Shown: one piece after another, positions 20,558 through 30,462 of the stretch
Layout of the letters: every line of letters starts with the position of its first letter
How positions within the stretch are numbered: the stretch's first letter is position 1
Assembly (NCBI GenBank): GCA_015661005.1
Contig: JACTTX010000002.1
Coordinates: 856 to 64,855, forward strand
Direction of reading: 5' to 3'
Length of the DNA: 64,000 nucleotides
From: Candidatus Magasanikiibacteriota bacterium
GTDB lineage: Bacteria > Patescibacteriota > Patescibacteriia > Magasanikbacterales > JACTTX01
The notes under the pieces: model-generated
The model's input: only the letters and a program-made list of their open reading frames with translations
Told to the model about the DNA's origin: nothing
Database searches by the model: none
Program-made: the position numbers and the translations under genes

Positions 20558-20908
20558 TTAAAATGTTAAAACTTTATCACTTTCCTTGATCAAGTTTGCC
20601 AGATCGCTCATGTGTCCCACAACAATTCCATCAATCAGTTTTTCTCGGCTTATACCACAAACTTTGAGACAGCTGGAACAGGCGACAAAAGGAACATTTT
20701 TTGCGAGCAATTCTTTCGTCAGCTCTTCCAAATTATATTCCTTTCCTTTCGCCTCTTGGTTTTCTTTACCAACATCCACGCCGTCTTCCAAGAGAAAAAT
20801 TTTAACTTTTACATCTTGGTCTAATAATTCACCGACAAGCCGTAGCGCGTTCCACGCTTTATCGTTTTTGTAGGGAAGCTCATTGATAATAATAGTAATT
20901 GTTTGCAT
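20558..20908 (-). CDS. DsrE/DsrF/TusD-like sulfur-relay family protein
   Basis: 116 aa; IIINELPYKNDKAWNALRLV...FLLEDGV...VACSSCLKVCGI matches the DsrE-family pattern with a conserved Cys. Confidence 0.6.
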   Translation of the reverse strand: MQTITIIINELPYKNDKAWNALRLVGELLDQDVKVKIFLLEDGVDVGKENQEAKGKEYNLEELTKELLAKNVPFVACSSCLKVCGISREKLIDGIVVGHMSDLANLIKESDKVLTF

Positions 20909-20912
20909 AGCG

Positions 20913-21251
20913 TTAAAATTTTTCTAATAATTTACCGTCGGCTTCCAGTTGGTCTTTCAGGGCTTTTCTTAAAGCATCATAAGCCACAAGAATTTTAGGA
21001 TTGGCGAGGGAATAGAGAATAGCGACGCCATCCCGCCGAGTTTTAACGATGTTTTGCTGACGCATTAAGCTCAGGTGTTGGGAAACATTGGCTTTCATAA
21101 TACCAAGCTTTTCAGCCATTTTAGAAACGCCCATTTCTTTTTCATCACGAAGCAAATCAATGATCTCGAGTCTCTTGGGATGAGAGAGCGTTTTACGTAC
21201 CTCGGCGTGAAGCTCAAAAATTCTTTTGTCCAGATGGTTTTTATCAGTCAT
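20913..21251 (-). CDS. ArsR/SmtB-family transcriptional regulator (no cysteines)
   Basis: HPKRLEIIDLL...VSKMAEKLGIMKANVSQHLSLMRQQNIV...RDG..ILYSL winged-HTH. It has no Cys and no alpha5 His cluster, so a metal or persulfide sensor is unlikely. Confidence 0.8.
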   Translation of the reverse strand: MTDKNHLDKRIFELHAEVRKTLSHPKRLEIIDLLRDEKEMGVSKMAEKLGIMKANVSQHLSLMRQQNIVKTRRDGVAILYSLANPKILVAYDALRKALKDQLEADGKLLEKF

Positions 21252-21540
21252 AATTATCTATTTGCAGAGTTTCGCATATATGATATATTGTAAGTATATG
21301 AAATAAAATGCCAACCAAGTTTATCCTGCCAATGAATAATATTTTGCCAATCAATATAAACATTCGACGTTTTATTAAAAATATCTTCAAGTTCTTTGAT
21401 GACCCATGGAAACAACTCTGCCAATCTTTCAATTCTTTTTGTCTTTGGAACAAACTTACATCTAAAACGCGAACATTATAGCCCGCGCACCTTTTTTTGC
21501 AAACAATTTTTTGCCAATCGCCCCGAATGTAAATCGCGCC

Positions 21541-23619
21541 TTATTTTTTCTTTCCTTCAATCACTTGCTGGGCAACATTGTTGGGCACTTCGGCGTAATG
21601 AGAAAATTCCATGGAGTATGAACCGCGGCCTTGAGTGGCGCTCCGCAATTCCGTGGCGTAACCGAACATTTCGGCCAGTGGCACCTGTGCGTCCACCACT
21701 TTAATGCCAACGCGATCGCGCATTTCCTGAATTTGTCCGCGTTTGGAATTCAAATTGCCAATAACGTCTCCCATAAATTGTTCCGGGATCAAAACTTCCA
21801 CTTTCATCATTGGCTCCAGCAATACCAAACCGGCGCGCTTGGCGCCCTCCTGAAAAGCCATGGAACCGGCAATTTTAAAAGCCGCTTCCGAGGAGTCCAC
21901 CTCATGATACGTTCCGTCATAAACGGCAACGCGAGCGTCAACCAAAGGATAGCCGGCCAAAACGCCTTTTTCCATTGCTTCTTTGATGCCTTTTTGAATG
22001 GCCGGAATATATTCGCGCGGAATGGCGCCGCCTTTGATCTCATCAACAAATTCAAAACCTGTTCCGCGCGCCATTGATTCCACGCGCAACCAGCAATGCC
22101 CGTACTGTCCGCGGCCGCCGGACTGTTTGATGTACTTCCCTTCCGCTTCCGCCGTCCCCTTGACGGTTTCTTTATACGCCACCTGCGGCGTGCCGACATT
22201 GGCTTCCACTTTGAATTCCCGTTTCATCCGGTCAACAATAATATCCAAATGCAACTCACCCATGCCGGAAATAATTGTTTGCAAGGTCTCTTCATCTGAA
22301 CGCACGCGGAAAGTGGGGTCTTCTTCCGCCAATTTGGAAAGAGCCATGCCCATCTTTTCCTGATCCTGTTTAGTTTTCGGTTCAATCGCCAGAGAAATAA
22401 CCGGCTCCGGAAACTTTATCTCTTCCAAAATAACACGATGGTCTTCATCCGAAAGAGTGTGGCCGGTGGCCGTATTTTTCAAACCAACGGCGGCCGCGAT
22501 TTCTCCGGCGTAAACATCCGTCACATCTTCCCGCGTGTTGGCGTGAAGCCGCACGATGCGCCCGATCCGTTCCTTTTCACCATTGGTGGTGTTCAAAACG
22601 TAAGATCCAGCGGAAAGATGTCCGGCGTAGACGCGAAAAAAAGTCAGTTTGCCGACAAAAGGATCCGAGGCCACTTTGAAAGCCAAGGCCGTGAACGGCT
22701 CATCGTCCGAAGCCGGACGCGCCACCACTTTTGTTTTGTCCTTGGGATCAAAAGCCAAAGTGGGAGGAATGTCCAAGGGCGAGGGCAAATAATCCTTGAC
22801 CGCGTCTAACATAAATTGCACCCCTTTATTTTTAAGGGCGCTACCACAGAGCACCGGTACAATTTCAAAGGCGCAAACGGCCTTGCGCAAAACGCGCTTG
22901 AGTTCTTCAAGTATTGGTTCGGTCCCGGCCAAATACTGATTCATCAATACCTCGTCATTCTCCACAATTTTTTCAATCAATCGCGCCCGATATTCTTCAA
23001 CCTTTTCTTTCATATCCGCCGGAACGTCTTCTTCTCTAATGTCTTTGCCCAAATCGTCCAAATAAATGTAGGCCTTGCGGGTCAGCAAATCCACGATTCC
23101 GCGAAAATTGGCTTCGGTGCCAATGGGGAGCTGTAAAGGATAAGCGTTTTTGGTCAAACGATCATGAATGGAAGCCAGATCAGTGTAAAAATCCGCGCCG
23201 GTGCGATCCAATTTATTGATAAAGCAAAGACGGGGAACTTTATAATCATCGGCGTAATGCCAGTTGGTTTCCGATTGCGGCTCAACGCCGGCCACGCCGT
23301 CAAAAATCACGCAAGCGCCGTCCAGCACGCGCAAAGAACGTTTCACTTCCACGGTAAAATCAATATGCCCGGGGGTGTCAATCAAATTAATGCGAATGCC
23401 TTTCCAAAAACAAGTGGTGGCCGCGGCCGTGATGGTGATGCCGCGCTCGCGCTCCTGTTCCATCCAGTCCATGGTGGCTTCCCCTTCATGGACTTCACCG
23501 ATTTTATGTTTCTTACCGGTATAAAATAAAATACGCTCGGAGACCGTGGTCTTGCCGGCGTCAATATGCGCGATGATGCCGATGTTCCTAGTGTTTTCCA
23601 ATGAATATTCTCTGGGCAT
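21541..23619 (-). CDS. fusA: elongation factor G
   Basis: 692 aa; [10 protein letters not shown]1 motif, DTPGHIDF, and EF-G domain IV/V signatures. Confidence 0.97.
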   Translation of the reverse strand: MPREYSLENTRNIGIIAHIDAGKTTVSERILFYTGKKHKIGEVHEGEATMDWMEQERERGITITAAATTCFWKGIRINLIDTPGHIDFTVEVKRSLRVLDGACVIFDGVAGVEPQSETNWHYADDYKVPRLCFINKLDRTGADFYTDLASIHDRLTKNAYPLQLPIGTEANFRGIVDLLTRKAYIYLDDLGKDIREEDVPADMKEKVEEYRARLIEKIVENDEVLMNQYLAGTEPILEELKRVLRKAVCAFEIVPVLCGSALKNKGVQFMLDAVKDYLPSPLDIPPTLAFDPKDKTKVVARPASDDEPFTALAFKVASDPFVGKLTFFRVYAGHLSAGSYVLNTTNGEKERIGRIVRLHANTREDVTDVYAGEIAAAVGLKNTATGHTLSDEDHRVILEEIKFPEPVISLAIEPKTKQDQEKMGMALSKLAEEDPTFRVRSDEETLQTIISGMGELHLDIIVDRMKREFKVEANVGTPQVAYKETVKGTAEAEGKYIKQSGGRGQYGHCWLRVESMARGTGFEFVDEIKGGAIPREYIPAIQKGIKEAMEKGVLAGYPLVDARVAVYDGTYHEVDSSEAAFKIAGSMAFQEGAKRAGLVLLEPMMKVEVLIPEQFMGDVIGNLNSKRGQIQEMRDRVGIKVVDAQVPLAEMFGYATELRSATQGRGSYSMEFSHYAEVPNNVAQQVIEGKKK

Positions 23620-23714
23620 AAATTGTCCCTCTGTCGAATTGTCCCTCTGTCGATCTGATGTCTGCTGTCTCTATCCATCTGTTTGCTGTCTAACTGTCGG
23701 CCGCTCCTCTGTCC

Positions 23715-24182
23715 TCACCGCGCAAAATGCGCAAAGGCCTTGTTGGCCTCCGCCATGCGGTGCACGTCATTGCGTTTTTTGACGGCGTCGCCTTCGCCGT
23801 TGGCGGCCATCAAAAGTTCTTCCGCCAATTTTTGCACCATTGGTTTTCCGTGCCGATTGGCGGCCGCGCGAATAATCCATTTGACGCCCAAAGCAAAACG
23901 GCGTTCGCCGCGCACCGGAATTGGCACCTGATAATTGGCGCCGCCCACGCGTCTTGATTTCACTTCCACGCTCGGCCCGACATTTTTCATGGCTTCTTCA
24001 AAAATTTCCACCGGTTCTTTTTTGGATTTTTCTTTGACAATTTCAAAAGCGCCGTACACAATTTTCTGGGCGACGGATTTCTTGCCGCGTTGCATCACAT
24101 AATTGATGAGCTTGGCAATATCCGTCCGTCGAAACTTGGGATCAGGATTGATTTCTCGTTTGGGGGCTTGTTTTCCTCTCAT
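23715..24182 (-). CDS. rpsG: 30S ribosomal protein S7
   Basis: 155 aa; uS7 motifs [31 protein letters not shown]. Confidence 0.93.
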   Translation of the reverse strand: MRGKQAPKREINPDPKFRRTDIAKLINYVMQRGKKSVAQKIVYGAFEIVKEKSKKEPVEIFEEAMKNVGPSVEVKSRRVGGANYQVPIPVRGERRFALGVKWIIRAAANRHGKPMVQKLAEELLMAANGEGDAVKKRNDVHRMAEANKAFAHFAR

Positions 24183-24227
24183 ACCTTTATATTCGTATTA
24201 TTAGTGCCCATTCGCATATTAGTATCG

Positions 24228-24641
24228 TTACTTTTTCTTGGCACCGTAGAGTGAGCGGCTCCGTTTGCGGTTGGCCACTCCCTGCGTGTCATAAACGCCG
24301 CGCAGGATATGGTAACGAACGCCCGGCAAATCTTTGACGCGGCCGCCGCGGATCATCACAATGGAGTGCTCCTGCAGATTGTGGCCTTCGCCGGGAATGT
24401 AAGCCGTCACTTCCATGCCGTTGGATAATCTAACGCGCGCGATTTTACGTAAAGCCGAGTTTGGTTTCTTAGGCGTCATCGTGCGGACAACAGTGCAAAC
24501 CCCACGGCGAAAGGGAGCGCCTTTGGGAAAGTCCGTGCGGCGGCGGTGCAAAGAATCAAGCCCGACCTGCATGGCCGGCGCTTTGGACTTGTAATTGATT
24601 TTCTTGCGGCCATGGCGCAAAAGTTGTCGCATCGTGGGCAT
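24228..24641 (-). CDS. rpsL: 30S ribosomal protein S12
   Basis: [14 protein letters not shown]...[10 protein letters not shown]. Start set to the internal Met of ORF 24228..24767. Confidence 0.9.
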   Translation of the reverse strand: MPTMRQLLRHGRKKINYKSKAPAMQVGLDSLHRRRTDFPKGAPFRRGVCTVVRTMTPKKPNSALRKIARVRLSNGMEVTAYIPGEGHNLQEHSIVMIRGGRVKDLPGVRYHILRGVYDTQGVANRKRSRSLYGAKKK

Positions 24642-24900
24642 ATAAAGGTATGGCGATAGTTTATAGGAAACAAAAAAAGGCGTCAATAGGCGAAACATTT
24701 GGGAGTCATCCCATAAATTCCTCTTTGGGAATCTTTGATTGTTTAACGATTGCGAGCAACGCCCCAATGTGGATCGGTTCGTTTTTCCCGTGTACGGGCG
24801 CCGACACCATTATTCCGGATTCTCCATGCCTATAGATCAGGGGCTTCCTCTGTGCCGCACGAGCATAAAACCGTTGCGCTCCAATACGACAACGAGTTTC

Positions 24901-25179
24901 TTAGCCGAAATTGGGCGCATACAGAATCTTTGCCTTCTTTGGCGCTCGTGCCTCTACCTCGTCAATAATTGGACGCAAAGCATGAGCCGGAATCTCCGCG
25001 CCTGATTCAGCCAATTCTTCCAACCAAAGCTCAAGAACTTCATGCGCCATTTTTTTTGCTTCTTCAAAAGTTCTGCCAAAAGTTACGCAACCGGGCAGCG
25101 CCGGAAATGAAACGTTATACCCACCTTCTTCGGCCGGTTCAAAAACCGCAGGATATTGTAAAATTGTCTCTTTTTTCAT
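24901..25179 (-). CDS. HicB-like (UPF0150) antitoxin-fold protein, apparently orphan
   Basis: YPAVFEPAEEGGYNVSFPALPGCVTFGRTFEEAKKMAHEVLELWLEEL is the HicB N-terminal RNase-H-like fold. No HicA-like ORF is adjacent. Confidence 0.55.
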   Translation of the reverse strand: MKKETILQYPAVFEPAEEGGYNVSFPALPGCVTFGRTFEEAKKMAHEVLELWLEELAESGAEIPAHALRPIIDEVEARAPKKAKILYAPNFG

Positions 25180-25353
25180 ATATGCACAGTGTATAATGTT
25201 GCGCATAAAAAATCAAAAGACTTAGGCGATTTAACGCATGGTGTTTTTGCCGTGTGCGAAACTGGAAAAAATCTAATTTTATTTAGATTGCAATTTTTGT
25301 TGCAGATTTTTTAATTTTAGCGTACTATAATGACTAATTACTGAATTAACCAT

Positions 25354-26145
25354 GTGATAAAACCCTACTTCGATAAACCGAATTTCAAACTCTACCGCGC
25401 TAACAGCATTGACCTGCTGGCTGAACTCCCCGAGAACTCCGTGGATATGATTTTTGCCGACCCGCCCTATCTTCTATCAAACGGCGGTTTTACCGTTCAC
25501 GCCGGTAAAATGGTAAGTGTAAATAAAGGCGAATGGGATGTCAGCAATGGTCTAAAAAAAGATTTTGAATTTCAACTGACATGGATTGAAGCGTGCCGCC
25601 GAGTATTGAAACCTGGCGGCACCATTTGGATTAGTGGCACCTACCACTCAATTTACCAATGCGGCTTTGCGTTGCAGGTTAAACACTTTCATATTCTTAA
25701 TGATATTGCGTGGTTTAAACCAAATGCCTCGCCAAATTTAAGTTGCCGTTTTTTTACGGCTAGCCACGAGACACTTATTTGGGCTCGCAAAGAAAAGAAA
25801 GCCAAACACAAATTTAATTACGAGACAATGAAAAATGGCCATTGGCCAGATGATTTTTTGAAAAAACCCAATCTACAAATGCGCAGTGTGTGGGCTGTAT
25901 ATCCGCCAAAAAGTTCGGAAAAAATCCATGGGAAACATCCGACCCAAAAACCGATTGATTTACTCGTACGTATTATTATGGCCAGCACTGACAGAGGCGA
26001 TGTAATTTTAGATCCTTTTACCGGCTCATCAACGACAGGTTTAGCGGCTATGCTAAACGATCGAAAATTCATCGGGATTGATTTAGAAAAAAAATACCTG
26101 GACTTATCAATCAAACGTTACAACGACTTAAAAAAATTGATATGA
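25354..26145 (+). CDS. type II DNA methyltransferase, beta-class N6-adenine (or N4-cytosine) MTase
   Basis: Motif IV FADPPY at the N-terminus and the AdoMet motif ILDPFTGSSTTG near the C-terminus give the beta-class order. DPPY favours N6-adenine. Strongly AT-rich. Confidence 0.85.
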   Translation: MIKPYFDKPNFKLYRANSIDLLAELPENSVDMIFADPPYLLSNGGFTVHAGKMVSVNKGEWDVSNGLKKDFEFQLTWIEACRRVLKPGGTIWISGTYHSIYQCGFALQVKHFHILNDIAWFKPNASPNLSCRFFTASHETLIWARKEKKAKHKFNYETMKNGHWPDDFLKKPNLQMRSVWAVYPPKSSEKIHGKHPTQKPIDLLVRIIMASTDRGDVILDPFTGSSTTGLAAMLNDRKFIGIDLEKKYLDLSIKRYNDLKKLI

Positions 26146-26666
26146 AAAAACGCGGAAAAGGCGGGGCAAACACACAAACAGGATTAAGATTTGAAAGCAA
26201 AGTTGATTTTTTGACTTTTATAAAAAACCAAGAAAAGTACAGCGTCAAAGGCGCTGTTATTTTTTATGATGGCAAAAAGGTCGGTCTAACTTTTAAAAAA
26301 CACGGATTTTACAAATATCTGGGGGAGAAAGGAATTGATTACAAAGAAATAATTTCACAAAAATTGCTTCCGGATGACGCAATATTTGTTATTGCTAATA
26401 ACACCATGCACATTATTGAAATTAAATTCCAAGAAGGAAGCGGATCAACTGATGAAAAATTACAAACTTGCGATTTTAAAATAAAACAATACAGAAAATT
26501 GTTATCAAGATTGAATGCGGAGGTTAAATATATTTACATCTTGAACGAGTGGTTCAAAAAACCAGGGTACAAAGATGTATTGGACTACATCATCTCCGTT
26601 GAGGGTTGCGCCTACTATTTTAATTATCTGCCTTTGCAAAAAATTGGATTGCCAGTGCCAAAATAA
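26142..26666 (+). CDS. putative type II restriction endonuclease (PD-(D/E)XK)
   Basis: Start overlaps the MTase stop (ATGA). 174 aa with PDDAIFVIANNTMHIIEIK, a PD...EIK nuclease motif. Same AT-rich composition. Confidence 0.5.
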   Translation: MKKRGKGGANTQTGLRFESKVDFLTFIKNQEKYSVKGAVIFYDGKKVGLTFKKHGFYKYLGEKGIDYKEIISQKLLPDDAIFVIANNTMHIIEIKFQEGSGSTDEKLQTCDFKIKQYRKLLSRLNAEVKYIYILNEWFKKPGYKDVLDYIISVEGCAYYFNYLPLQKIGLPVPK

Positions 26667-26757
26667 TGATGTTTTATGAACGAAATTATTTACATTCCCA
26701 TTAACGAAGTAATGCCCGGATATGTGAAAATTGGCCGAACTTCGACAGACGTCCAAA

Positions 26758-27399
26758 TTATATCGGCAACGTTCCCCCGCCAACAAACAACTGAAACAAC
26801 CAATTAATGACCGGCCGCAGGGCCTCAAAGAAAAAGAAGATGAAAATGAAAAGCAAAATTATTCCGTAGCGCTCCAAAAAAAATTTAACATTGTCATAGC
26901 GTGGCGGCAAAAAAGCGTATAAAACTTTGGAGCCGTCCAAGGGCGGAATCGGCACTAAATTGAAAACGGCCAAGAGGACGTTCGCGTAGACAATAATCGC
27001 GAGCAAACCGGAAAAAGCCCCCAAAGGCAAAACACGAACAATCATTCCAAAAACCAAAGCCACCAATAGATTGGCGCCCGGCCCGGCCAAACCAACCAAA
27101 GCCGACCCCCATTGCTGATTTTTGAGATTATACGGATTGTAGGGCACGGGCTTGGCATAAGCAAAAACAAACGAGCCCTGCGAAATCAAAAATAAAAAGA
27201 GCGGCATTAAGATGGTGCCGTAAAGATCAATGTGCGCCAAAGGATTCAAGGTGAGCCGTCCGGCCAAACGCGCCGTTGGATCGCCCATGGAGTTGGCGGC
27301 TAAGCCGTGGGCGTATTCATGGAGAATCGCGGAGGGAATAATGATGAGAAAAAAGAAGAGAAGTTGCATGCTTGCAGAATTTTTTGGAGAATGATACAA
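26758..27399 (-). CDS. site-2 protease family (M50) zinc metallopeptidase
   Basis: HExxH (LHEYAHGLAA) in a transmembrane helix plus NLVPIPPLDGSKV (LDG motif). The true start may be the internal Met at 27369. Confidence 0.8.
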   Translation of the reverse strand: MYHSPKNSASMQLLFFFLIIIPSAILHEYAHGLAANSMGDPTARLAGRLTLNPLAHIDLYGTILMPLFLFLISQGSFVFAYAKPVPYNPYNLKNQQWGSALVGLAGPGANLLVALVFGMIVRVLPLGAFSGLLAIIVYANVLLAVFNLVPIPPLDGSKVLYAFLPPRYDNVKFFLERYGIILLFIFIFFFFEALRPVINWLFQLFVGGGTLPI

Positions 27400-27432
27400 T
27401 CACTCTATCATAATTTTTCACGATTAACCAGT

Positions 27433-27609
27433 ATGGCAAAAATCTGCATTGCCTGCGGCCGCGGCCCGGTCATTGGCGCCTCGCGCAGTCACTCCAACAT
27501 CAAATCAAAAAAGTGGGTCTATCCAAATTTGCAATGGAAACGCGTTGATAATAAACGCGTGCGTCTTTGCACCAGTTGCATTAAGACAAAAATTAAAAAA
27601 GTCAGATAA
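27433..27609 (+). CDS. rpmB: 50S ribosomal protein L28
   Basis: MAKICIACGRGPVIGASRSHSNIKSKKWVYPNLQ matches bL28. ATG at 27433 lies inside ORF 27307..27609. Confidence 0.85.
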   Translation: MAKICIACGRGPVIGASRSHSNIKSKKWVYPNLQWKRVDNKRVRLCTSCIKTKIKKVR

Positions 27610-27611
27610 GC

Positions 27612-27684
27612 AAAAAGGACAGCGCATTGCAAATAGCGTGTTCTTCAATCAAGAACGCCATTGGCAATGCGCTGTCCTTTTTTG
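27612..27684. terminator. bidirectional intrinsic terminator / palindromic element, copy A
   Basis: 14-bp perfect outer stem GGACAGCGCATTGC/GCAATGCGCTGTCC around the inner core CGTGTTCTtCAATCAAGAACG. Flanked by an A-run on the 5' side and a T-run on the 3' side, between convergent rpmB and 27701..28174. Confidence 0.6.
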
Positions 27685-27700
27685 TCCCTTTGTCCATCTG

Positions 27701-28174
27701 TCACTCAAACCGAATTTCAATTTGATCCTTGTCTTTCATTTTATAATTTTCAAAGTCGCTGTTCGGCGCGCCGTTCACAAAAAATTTAACCGTGCCGTCC
27801 GACCCGTTGCACTGGTCAAAAATACAATCGCGATCAAACTTTTTTCCCCAGATGCCAAAAAATCGGCCGAGCTTAGTGTCACTTTCATGCACTGTGCCGC
27901 CGTATTCCAGATGAATAATGCCGTCGGCGGCATGGGTGTGTAGCGGACTTTCCACCGGCCCTAAACCCACTTCTTCCGGAATTTCTTGCGCTACACCTTT
28001 GATAGAGATGGCAAGATGCGGATGCCAGTGAATACCAGAACGAGAAATAATTTGATCCCCGCTCACAGTTGCTCCATTTTCTTGGGCGGCGTTTCCTTTA
28101 TGCGCCACCAGCCAACCAAAGCCGGCAATGACCGCAACGACGGCAATAATTTCCAAAATAATTTTCTTGTTCAT
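27701..28174 (-). CDS. hypothetical membrane-anchored protein with HWHPH motif
   Basis: N-terminal TM helix, then GIHWHPHLAI...HTHAADGIIHLEYGG His-rich motifs suggesting metal binding. Last gene of the BlaI-headed operon. Confidence 0.5.
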   Translation of the reverse strand: MNKKIILEIIAVVAVIAGFGWLVAHKGNAAQENGATVSGDQIISRSGIHWHPHLAISIKGVAQEIPEEVGLGPVESPLHTHAADGIIHLEYGGTVHESDTKLGRFFGIWGKKFDRDCIFDQCNGSDGTVKFFVNGAPNSDFENYKMKDKDQIEIRFE

Positions 28175-28176
28175 AG

Positions 28177-28785
28177 TTATTGGTGGTGAGAGTTATGTTC
28201 AGCGGCGGACATAGTGTTCGGCGCCAGTGGAACGGAAACGGCCGCTGTCCGCGCTGACGGCGTCGCGACGGTCATTTCTTTTTTCACTGTCGCGATCAAC
28301 CATTGATTATACACAAGCAAAACTATAATAACCGCGCCAACGGTTCTTGGCAACGTTAGCCAACGGCTTTGAAGAAGGATAGCGCCCAAAGAAAAAATTG
28401 CCGCGCCGTATCCAATCCCTTGAAACCAGAGACGCAGGCCGGTGATATCCGGCATCCACGGCAATGCCGCCAAGAGCAATCCGGCATTCAAGGTCAAAAG
28501 ATTTTTTGTGAGCGTCGTCCGGTGTCCGCGATAAGCCAAAAATCCCAGAAGCAAAAAAATTATACCAGCCACCCAAAAATATTTCTGATACGTTACGGCA
28601 AACATGAAGGGCAGAAAATTGAGCGTCAATCCAAGCGACGCCAAGACAGTTACAATCCCTAAACATACCGAATGACAAACCGACGGCGCACTGCCAAGCG
28701 AACTCAAAGCCGCGCAAAGAATCGACGAACGCTTGGCCGGCATTATAGCGGATGGTGTGGCGGGCATACTTTTTAACGCGCTCAA
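28177..28785 (-). CDS. hypothetical polytopic membrane protein
   Basis: 202 aa, about 5 hydrophobic helices, N-terminal Cys cluster (ILCAALSSLGSAPSVCHSVC). Confidence 0.5.
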   Translation of the reverse strand: MSALKSMPATPSAIMPAKRSSILCAALSSLGSAPSVCHSVCLGIVTVLASLGLTLNFLPFMFAVTYQKYFWVAGIIFLLLGFLAYRGHRTTLTKNLLTLNAGLLLAALPWMPDITGLRLWFQGIGYGAAIFSLGAILLQSRWLTLPRTVGAVIIVLLVYNQWLIATVKKEMTVATPSARTAAVSVPLAPNTMSAAEHNSHHQ

Positions 28786-28786
28786 A

Positions 28787-29125
28787 TTAACAGCCGCCGA
28801 CCATATCCGGCAGAGCGGCGTTGCTTCCCGCGGCGGCAGCCGGAGCGGCGGACGACGCGCCGCCGGTAGCCGCCTTCACGGTCAAAGCGCCGGCTTTGGA
28901 TTTCAAACTGTACAATTGCACCGTCTGAAAGATGGTGACAATCGCCAAAAGCGCCAAAACAATCACCTGCATGTTCAGTTTTGGAATGCTGATCGTTAAA
29001 GTGCGGGCGGCGCTTTGCGGCGCTGACGCATTTGGCGACGCGGCGGCAGGCGCGACTGGCGTGCCGGACGCGTTAGCCGCGGCTGGCGCTTGTCCCTCCG
29101 AAAACGCGTGATTAAAGTAGTCCAT
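28787..29125 (-). CDS. hypothetical small membrane protein ending in GGC
   Basis: 112 aa; Ala/Pro-rich with one TM helix and a C-terminal MVGGC. Confidence 0.4.
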   Translation of the reverse strand: MDYFNHAFSEGQAPAAANASGTPVAPAAASPNASAPQSAARTLTISIPKLNMQVIVLALLAIVTIFQTVQLYSLKSKAGALTVKAATGGASSAAPAAAAGSNAALPDMVGGC

Positions 29126-29150
29126 AAGATTGAATTAAAGAATTAATAAA

Positions 29151-30461
29151 TTAAAGTTTGAAGCCGTGCATACCGTCGCTCCCCGCGCCGCCGTGATTGG
29201 CATGACCCAAAACATTTCCTCGTCCGGTGGCCAAAAGATAATCTTCAATCACGCCTTTCGGATACCAAACACCTTTCCAACGCTGAAGCTCGCCTAAAAT
29301 TTCCTCATCGGAATATTTATCGCCGTAATTTTTCAAGAGATATTTGGCAATGCTCCTCCATGCTTGGGCATGGCGACAGCCGCAATTGTTGATGTGAGTA
29401 ACGCGCGTCGGTCCGCCACAGCAATAATCGCAAGTCATCGTGCTGATAATTTTTTCAAAGCGCGATTCCAACGCGCCGTCCAAAGTGATTTGCGATTCAT
29501 ATGACTGCCAGCGTTCCAATGATCCCTCTCCGTCATCAAAAGAAATTCCTTCCGGCGCGTAAAAAGGGACGCCAGTTGGCACCATCACCACCCGCGCGTC
29601 CGCCACCGTGTCTCCGGTGTTGGGCTCGGCCGGAACTTCGGTGATGGTGGGCCACGAACCCAAGGTGGTGGTGCGCCCGTCCGGATTTAATTTGGTGGAA
29701 ATAATTTGTTTGGCGGCCGCCGCTGATGGTTTAAACAGATTCGCAATGGCGGACAACCCGGTTGTTTTTAAACCCATCGCCAACGCGGCTTGTCCAATCA
29801 TAAAGTGATTGAAAGTGAGAACGATGATCAACACGGCTGTCACCATACTTTCAATGGAGAAAATTTTAGGCAAAACTTCCGCCGGGCGCGACGTATTTTC
29901 TTCAGACGCATTTTCTTCCATTGCTTTGTCCGGAATTTCGCAGTCGGAACATTCGGCGTTCATGGCTGCCGCCGATTTTTTTGCCGAATACATTGTTGTG
30001 AAAGCCAAAAAACCAATGCTCGCGATTTTAAACTCCAATCCTTTCAACGGAAAAGCGGCTACACCACTCGCCACGCCGAGGAGTTGCAATAAAAATGCGC
30101 CGCAGATCGGGCAAGCGGAACCGAACGCGCCAAAAATCGCGCCGAAACTACCAACGCTCCCGATTTTTATTTTTCCCAATCGCGAATGCCGCCAATGCCA
30201 AGCCGTAAACGCGGCGGCCGCGCCGAACAGCAAAATCATTATGACGGTGAGCAAAATATAAGTGACGGCGTAAGCCACGCTGAAACGCCCGAAATCTCCC
30301 GTTTTAGTCATGCTGATAAACTGCCCGATAGTGGTAACTTGAAGAAACAGCCAATAATTCAGATACGCAAACCCCAAAGCGGCAACCAACGCCAACCAGC
30401 GGTAAAACCGCGTTTTGAAAACCAAACGGCCGAAAGAAATTGTTTGTTTCAACAAATTCAT
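29151..30461 (-). CDS. Cys/His-rich polytopic membrane protein with CPIC motif and C-terminal putative metal-binding domain
   Basis: N-terminal half has about 6 TM helices with GSACPICGAFLLQLL. The C-terminal soluble part carries CDYCCGGP...NNCGCRHAQ and HANHGGAGSDGMHG. Confidence 0.5.
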   Translation of the reverse strand: MNLLKQTISFGRLVFKTRFYRWLALVAALGFAYLNYWLFLQVTTIGQFISMTKTGDFGRFSVAYAVTYILLTVIMILLFGAAAAFTAWHWRHSRLGKIKIGSVGSFGAIFGAFGSACPICGAFLLQLLGVASGVAAFPLKGLEFKIASIGFLAFTTMYSAKKSAAAMNAECSDCEIPDKAMEENASEENTSRPAEVLPKIFSIESMVTAVLIIVLTFNHFMIGQAALAMGLKTTGLSAIANLFKPSAAAAKQIISTKLNPDGRTTTLGSWPTITEVPAEPNTGDTVADARVVMVPTGVPFYAPEGISFDDGEGSLERWQSYESQITLDGALESRFEKIISTMTCDYCCGGPTRVTHINNCGCRHAQAWRSIAKYLLKNYGDKYSDEEILGELQRWKGVWYPKGVIEDYLLATGRGNVLGHANHGGAGSDGMHGFKL

Positions 30462-30462
30462 A

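Noticed and set aside
24901-25206. Complete HicAB toxin-antitoxin pair
   Set aside because: Only the HicB-fold gene is present. The opposite-strand ORF 24969..25196 overlaps it entirely and has no HicA (YcfA-like) features.
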